Assembly: GCA_003990765.1 (NCBI GenBank)
Contig: RBNJ01000066.1
Coordinates: forward strand, 1-44,645
Source of the DNA: Jimgerdemannia flammicorona
Lineage: Eukaryota
Direction: 5' to 3'
DNA length: 44,645 nt
The position numbers and the translations under genes are program-made. Under the pieces are notes generated by a model, which saw only the letters and a list, made by a program, of their open reading frames with translations, did no database searches and was not told the origin of the DNA. Each line of letters begins with the position of its first letter. Within the stretch, counting starts at the first letter, position 1. Below, one piece after another: positions 37,801-44,645 of this stretch.

Positions 37801-39899
37801 ATGAGCGACGACACCATTGAAATCCCTAACGTATCTCCGTTTTTCGTGAGCGTACCCTGGCATGAGTGGACCTGCATCAAATTTCTGAAATTCGTCCAGG
37901 GTGGAAGAAAAATTGACCTTAGTGAGAAGACATCCCTACATCAAACCTATAAGCAATGTCTTAGACATATCCGATCTACAGATATACCACAGTATATTAA
38001 GGAATATATCGAACCATTTGAACTCAATTTGGTAAATAATACATTCGTTACTTATATTCTCAATTTCTAGTACCATCTGTATGATGTTCACACTTAGTTA
38101 TCTTCGTTCTCAGGATAATTCAGAGGTTAAAAGATTTTGGAAAGATATTAAATTCCCAAACATATGTATCTTTTTTTTTTTTTTTTTTTTTCATATTGCT
38201 GGACGTGACACAGCTATCATGATAATTTGAAGGCTAACAAATACGAATATAATTGAAAGTTAAACATAGCAGACCTGAACGATTATGTGTTGCGTACTGG
38301 ACTCAATATTACAGAGTTAATGCTTAGGGAGGAAGATGCTATAGTCAATCTTTCCGGCAAGAGTCGGATCATCTCAACAGAAGAATGGCAAGAGATGCAG
38401 GATGATTTCCAACATATGTTGGCCGCACTGGAAAACGACATTCCGGCAAATTACCAAAAAGTCGTTGAATTTCTCTGTGAGAATGGAGTAGGTATTTCTT
38501 TTATCTCACCGTCTTTTTTTCTTTAAAATTATGAGACATTAGGAATGATATGCTATCTTCTTTAGAGCAATAGCATACAAATGATTCGAAATTTGGGCAA
38601 AGGATATCTATATATGCTATGTGAAATTGGCGAAGCAGACAATTCACCTGATGTTCGTGAATTGACCGGACTTCACATCGCTACTCAGAACATATATGTA
38701 TTGACTTTTGGGCCTTTCCACTCCTCGTTCCTCATCAGCCTCGCGGACTTGGCAATTCAGCAGCTTGGGGGTTGCCTGTCGCCGGGTGCAGGTCCACAAA
38801 TTCTGTGCTCTGCTCGCCCCTGGGCATGCCACCACTCTATCTATCATAACCGATTTCATGTGTTTTTTTTTTTTTTTTTTTTTTTTTTTTTGAGCAAGTG
38901 TGCATACCTATTTAGAAGGGCATACAATTTCTGCTGAGGTTTCCAAAGCTTCATTTGTCATTCGGTTTTTTTCGCCGATATTCGAGAAAACTATAATGGG
39001 TTTATCTGATAAATTGATATGGAAGTGGTAAGTTGTCCTCGCCCTGGCAGAATGAACCTTGCTCCTAATAGTGAAATTTTAACAGATTATTCTTATCTTA
39101 ACCATAGGGGGGAAAATTCACTCATTGCCTCTGCGGCAAAACAGAATAATGAAATTGAAGAGGAAGACTGTGTACAAATAGGTCAGAGAACAGATGTTAT
39201 CAGATCTCTCTATTCGAATCAGCTAGATGTTATGCTTATAGAATTTGCACCCCCTGGTGAGCAATTATATGGAACCAAAGCACGTGTTGATAAATTGAAA
39301 CTAATGCGAGGCATGAAGCATGCCTTAAACAGATTGTTGTTAACTTCATTGAAAGGGTCCAACCATCAGGATCTGCAAAAGGTTTTTGTCCTCAGTATCC
39401 AGATCGTTGGTATATTGATGGACATTTGTTATTATTATTAATGCTAATCTGATATAAGATATAATTCTCAATCAATAGGTTGTCAAGTCATGGTCTACGC
39501 CATCAACCTTTCATATAACTATGTGTATAGGTTTCAGGAAATAGACCATTTCACATTTCCGCTGAATGAGCGTAGTGTGACATATTTACTCAAAGTATTG
39601 TTAGAAGGGTTTATATGATTGAGGGTAAGTTTCTGATATCAGTTTTCTCTTTATTGTTATCTATGAACGAGTTTCCATTATTCATTATATTCCATTTGTA
39701 GTTTTTCATAGATCATATGATCGGTCATTTAGAAAAACTTTTCAGGTAGTATGCTGGACGATCAGAGCTACTCCAGAAGAGTGTTGTTGAGCAGATGACA
39801 CAACGTCAAGCACCAATAGCTCAACTAACTCAACAAAATTCAGATATAAAGGAGCGACCGCAAATGCCACAGAAAAAGCAGAGGACCAATACCAGGTGA
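37801..39899 (+). pseudogene. Multi-exon gene with a PD-(D/E)XK-like (restriction-endonuclease fold, CRN-associated type) C-terminal domain; premature stops
   Basis: GENSLIASAAKQN..IGQRTDVI..VMLIEFA..KARVDKLKLMRGMKHAL..VLSIQIV|GCQVMVYAI..YRFQEIDHFTFP; GT..AG introns; in-frame TGA (~39617) and TAG (~39746). Confidence 0.65.
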
Positions 39900-39909
39900 T
39901 ATACGGTGA

Positions 39910-40255
39910 TGCGCAGGAGCTGTAGTGCTGACATGCGTAGAGGTTGTAGGGCTGATATGCATGGGATACGTTCTGATATGCACAGGCCCTAAAATTCTCA
40001 CCTGCACGGGGTTGTATTGCTGACATACGCGGGATACGTTCTGACTAGTGCAGGCACTATAATTCTCAACTGCGTGGGGTTGTATTGCTGACATATGTGA
40101 GATATATTCTGACTAGCGTGGGCACTATGATTCCACATGCGCAGTACAGAATATGTGCAGGTACTACAGGGGCTATAGTGCTGATGTGCATAGGTATAGC
40201 ACTGACATGCGCGGGATATGTTCTGACATGCGCAGGTGCTGACATGCATATATGG
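39910..40255. repeat. Degenerate tandem repeat array (~62-68-bp units built on TGCTGACATGCG..GGATA.GTTCTGA)
   Basis: Repeated motifs directly visible between the two convergent genes. Confidence 0.85.
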
Positions 40256-40542
40256 ACTCTATAATTCTGACATCTGTTTTCTTCAAGGTATGCTCGCTCT
40301 CATTTATTTAGACAAGGTCCATGATGCATGTTCGTGTGATGTATGATTGACAAGGTCTACAGTGCTTAATGTAGGATTGAGGTATGGCGTATATTGGTGA
40401 TATCCGATAATATCTGACATTGAAAGTCTGGGGCGTATGTAAGTACCAATTTCAAAAAAAAAAAAAAAAAAAAAAAAAACGATACTCCATCTATCTTTTA
40501 CTCAAAACTATTCTTAGAATGAATATGCAAAAATTAATACAA

Positions 40543-42714
40543 TCAATCTTTCTGTATATGATATTCAGCAAAGCAGCTACGTTGCTTATTGATGCATAGT
40601 GCGATATTACAAGACTGACAGAAAATATTGCTTTGAGGTGGATTCTGTGAACTAATCTCAATGCGACCTATCTTCCCCAGATAATGACACCAGATGCACG
40701 CTTCACGTTTCTCTTGATATCTCGGAAGATATTCACCAGGGGTAAGTCGGGTGGGATCTAAGTTGTGAGATTTGGTAATGCAATATTTTCTTGATGGTGG
40801 ATCTGGTATCATCATTGATTCTTCCCTTACATGATTGCATGTTTTTCTTTGTATTTCGTTTCCCCTTTCCTTTTCATTTGCAAGTTTTATAAGATCCCAA
40901 GCTAAATCGAGCTAAAACGTATCCTGAGTTATCGTCAATCTGGCCGTCTGATACACCAGGTATGAATTGATAATTGCCGTATCTAATAACCAAAAGAAAA
41001 GTGGTATCTAAGTCTGAATGGCCATAATCTGTATATTGTAATATCCACGACGTTGGTTAGCAATGTCGACTCCTCCCATATGATGGTTATAATCATCAAT
41101 AACTTTTGGAATCGCTAGTTCCTTTCATGCATTGTTTCCCCAGGTTTCTTGAACTTGCGTGGCATTATTGATAATAGGTCTTAGATGGCGCCTATTACAC
41201 ACGATCTTCCATTCGGCTCCAACAAGTTCATGAATGGTCGTTAACATGGTGACCATGCCATTATCTACCCATAGCAATACTAGAACATTATCAATGATTA
41301 TGCCCAAGGTTGTATTCCAATCATGCGTAGCTTTTTTGCTAATCTTAAGTTGTTCTGGGAATTTTTTTGACCTCTGTCTAACTGTTCTGCATGCTCTGAT
41401 TCCCTTTGATCGTAGATATTTGAATAACGCAATGCTGGAGAAGTAATTGTCCATATAGATATCGAACACCTGTGTATTGAGTGGCAACTGTTCAACAAGA
41501 TGAATGACAGTAGATGCTGTTTTACTAAGCCCCTTAATTGACTCGACTTCTCTATTATTGGCAGTGCGCGAAGTTGGGAGAAATGCCCACGTATAACCAT
41601 AATCGCATAGCACATTAATGTTGAAGCCTTCACAGATTGGTTTACATTTATATCAGTACGTATCTTTGCTTTTGCCTGAAAATCGTACTATCATCTCGTT
41701 GACGGCTACATTGGAACTTAGGAGATAGATTGATTGGGAAGTTTTTCAGATGTGGGAAAGCAGCAGTTCGAGCTTCGCGTAATAGTTGCCATTGTGAATG
41801 CCATACAGGGAGATGTGAAGGTATCGTTTGATTTGTTGAAACCGATAACAGGATATATATTCAAGTATTCTATATACCAGTTTTCGAACATCGTTATTCC
41901 ATATCCAGTCTAGATCTCTGCCCGCATGGAAAATACCGAAGTATATGCAAATAGCAATGAAGATGATGAGCTCTGGTATTGTCAGATCTTTCTACGTTCT
42001 GCCAATCTCTCTGGTACCTTTGACTGCGGTATAGTAATTCGTATTGATGACAATGGTTTTCAGTATGGTATCAGAAAAGAAGAGATAAAAAATATCGATA
42101 ATGGATGGGTTTTCACTAAGATGATCAGGAAGGGCAGAGCGTCTTAGGAGAATAGGTTTCGTGTGTTTGAGCCGCGCAAATTCAGGAACTGCAGGTAAGT
42201 CCTTTTTATCGGGGTCTTGAACCTCAATCGTTACTATTGATGATTTGTTTTTGGTCTCCTTTGGTGTCACTGTCGATGACTTATTTCGGGACCCCTTTGG
42301 TCTTCCTCTCTTTCGTTTGATGCTTTCGTTGACATTTTGTGCCTTCTGTTTTCCCTTTCCTTTGGACTTGCCGATGGATTTGTCAATAAATTTATCTTCA
42401 GATTCTTTATCGGGGTCTTGAATGAAGTCATCATGCTGCTCAAACTGCTCGCTGTCAGTGTCGTCATTGGTATGTATCATCACTGTCGATGATATGTTTT
42501 TAGCCCCCTTTGGTCTTCCTTTCTTTCGTTTTTCATTGACATTTTGCGCCCTCTGTTTTCCCTTTCCTTCAATGGATTTGTCAACGGATTCATCAATATA
42601 GTCATCATCATCAGAGTCTTCAGTGAAGTCGTTGCCATCAGTTTCAAATTCGGAATCATCATGGAGGATGCGAGAGTGAAATCTCACTATAGCCTTGGCT
42701 TCCTCTTGAAACAT
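40543..42714 (-). pseudogene. piggyBac transposase (PGBD-like) with AT-hooks and C-terminal Cys-rich domain; inactivated
   Basis: V[N]EMIVRFSG, DIYMDNYFSSIALF, YNHHMGGVDIA[N]Q, CIWC..CQSCNIALC..CFAEYH; stops present. Confidence 0.92.
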
Positions 42715-43329
42715 GAGGATAATGAAGATTATATGAAGTTGGTAGTTATTCTCTTTATTAGTTGCTCTATCTGTTTTTTTGGTAATCACGTTAATATGTA
42801 GCTCATTTCTCCATTGTTTAGGGAACAATACAGCCAGCAATAAGATAGGTTGGCTTTATTTGGTAATCATGCCAATGCCTCACTTGTTTCTTCTTTATTA
42901 AGGAAATAATGGGAACTATAGCTATCTATAATCTCCAAATAATTTCCGGTAAGCTTTCATCTATTTTTAGCCATTCTTTGCAAGCATGATAGTACAGATA
43001 ATGACCTCACTAACTCAATATGGTTAGTTTGTTTCCTGACTTAAAAAGGCAGTTACTTGACAATTGCGATGAGCATCGAGTATTCTCCTACATACCTCTC
43101 TTGACAATAATAGCAACAGAAGGTATGTATATCGGTTTTAGTGCTTAGTGCTTTCTCTTAGTTTTGAAATATTTCGCTCTCCTCAATTTGCCTGTCTTGT
43201 CACCACTTCACTGCTCTACTGCTCCACCTCTCCTCTGTTCACCGCTCCACTCACTGCTCTACTGTTTACCTTGAGCCAGGCTCAGATAGACAGATTTGGC
43301 CATTAATGGCCATTATTAGCATCATATCA

Positions 43330-44645
43330 TCATAGCCCAACTTGTTGCACGCCGAGGCTCCCTGAAGACTGCAAAAACAGAGGGCTTCCCAAAGCCTTGA
43401 GCCTTAGCAAAGTGAACGATCGGTCCCCACTGCCATGGCTGCCCTTGAGGTCTGGAGCGAGTACTGAGGGAAAGGGAGGCTGAGAGGTTATTGAGGACAC
43501 TGCTGAGATTACTGAGGAGAGTTGCCGATGCTCCTTTCTCCGCTACCTTACCGGTCACAAGGTTTGGTAGGCGACCTTCCGAGTCCCCTTTCCCCTAATG
43601 TTACCCCCTCTACCTTGGGTTGGTTTGCTGTGCCTACAGGGGCATGGTGGGAGGAGGGCAATGGTGATGAGTTGCCCCTTTATCGGTGTCGGATTGGTGC
43701 TTCCTCCACTTTTTCGCGGATTCTGGTGCCTTCAGCTGTGTCTGGGGTGTACCCGTTTTGGTGCGGCACCTTCTTCCTTCTGCCGTTGCCAACAAGGAGT
43801 TGTCTTGGTGTGTCTCGGGCTATGTAGGGAGTCAGCCAACCTTGGGTATCAAGTGCTCAGTGTAGGTTACCTACAGGTCCTCGGTGCCTGTGGTGGGGCC
43901 CTCTGGCTTTGGCGAGCTTCCTGGCGAGCGCGGTTCTGGCGTAGGTGACTGCTTTTCAGGTGTTGTCGGGATGGGAGGGGAGATGGCCGTCACAGATAGG
44001 CGGAAGGGCGTTTACGGTGAACCAATAGAGTGCCAGGCTGGGGGCGGTCGTCGGGGCTGGGGCAGGTGCTACTTCGGTGGGGCCTTTTGATTGGTGCGGC
44101 GCAGTTAGGTGGTAGGTGTCACTCTCGGCTTCTTTTGGCGGGTAGCGGGGTGAGGCCCCAGTCATCAGGGGGGGTCGGGGGGCCCGAGGCTACCCATTTC
44201 AGGCATCTTGGCTGCACTCAACTGGAACCGGGAGCTGACACGGCAACGTGATCGAGGCCCACAGGCTTGAGTAGTGGGGTATTGGGGGTTTCCTCCCATC
44301 TCACATGTAAGTTCTTTACTCATCTCGACTGAGAGAACCAGGCCCTACCCACTATGTTGTGCTTTGATGAGGGTTTTTTCTTTGCCTGTCATTCTCTTTG
44401 GGGTGGCAGGGGCTATTCTATTCGGCTCGGACATGGCCTTATATATACGTTGGGTTCTCAGGCGTGCACTTTCGGTCGTTAGCGTATGGTTGGGTTTCCC
44501 CTGGTGGTAGGGAGAGCATGGTGCACAGAATGAGGTGCGGGCTTATTAGCCCTGCTGCACCTGGCATGGTCGAGCTGCTGGACAATAGCTAGCCTAGGTT
44601 AATGGGGGGGCAGTGCTTGGTGGGTGGTGGGGGAGGGTTTTGGCC
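43330..44645 (+). mobile_element. Less-mutated copy of the poly(A) retroposon family, running off the window end
   Basis: 43525-44645 aligns with 35878-37000 and retains CpGs; 5' boundary approximate. Confidence 0.85.

Larger units (their letters stand above)
37533..43300 (-). mobile_element. piggyBac-like DNA transposon, putatively with cargo; second terminus not seen
   Basis: TTAA|CCCATAGTCACGTG at 37533 where AT-rich DNA ends; piggyBac transposase at 40543-42714; right boundary uncertain because a retroposon begins at about 43330. Confidence 0.55.

Noticed and set aside
38710-38742. Minus-strand CTGATGAG...GAAA, a second possible hammerhead
   Set aside because: No pairing for stem II or stems I/III
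41992-42840. ORF-track start at 42840 for the transposase
   Set aside because: Non-ATG start in intron/UTR-like sequence; first ATG at 42714 used instead (an upstream exon is not excluded)

Overview
Eukaryotic, repeat-rich genomic DNA with spliceosomal introns; the gene families suggest an early-diverging fungus such as Mucoromycota/Endogonales (inference). Positions 1-20.6 kb hold three related Ty3/Gypsy-type LTR retrotransposons: a truncated minus-strand copy A and two full-length copies, B (2452-11194) and C (13891-20630). B and C have 4-bp TSDs, a dUTPase plus a Cys/His module between protease and RT, and a homologous accessory ORF. That ORF lies upstream of the PPT in C but inside the 1.5-kb LTRs of B. 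Repeats are heavily eroded by C>T/G>A changes at CpG and CpA (RIP-like). The rest of the window contains a degenerate Penelope-type hammerhead ribozyme, a hAT-like MITE nested in a poly(A) retroposon, further copies of that retroposon, and several gene relics (SDR, LRR, VIT/VWA, PD-(D/E)XK-like). It also has two divergent GH16 genes (one bacterial-looking) and a piggyBac-like transposon that appears to carry an intron-containing nuclease-like cargo gene. All protein family calls come from motif recognition by eye; no searches were run.
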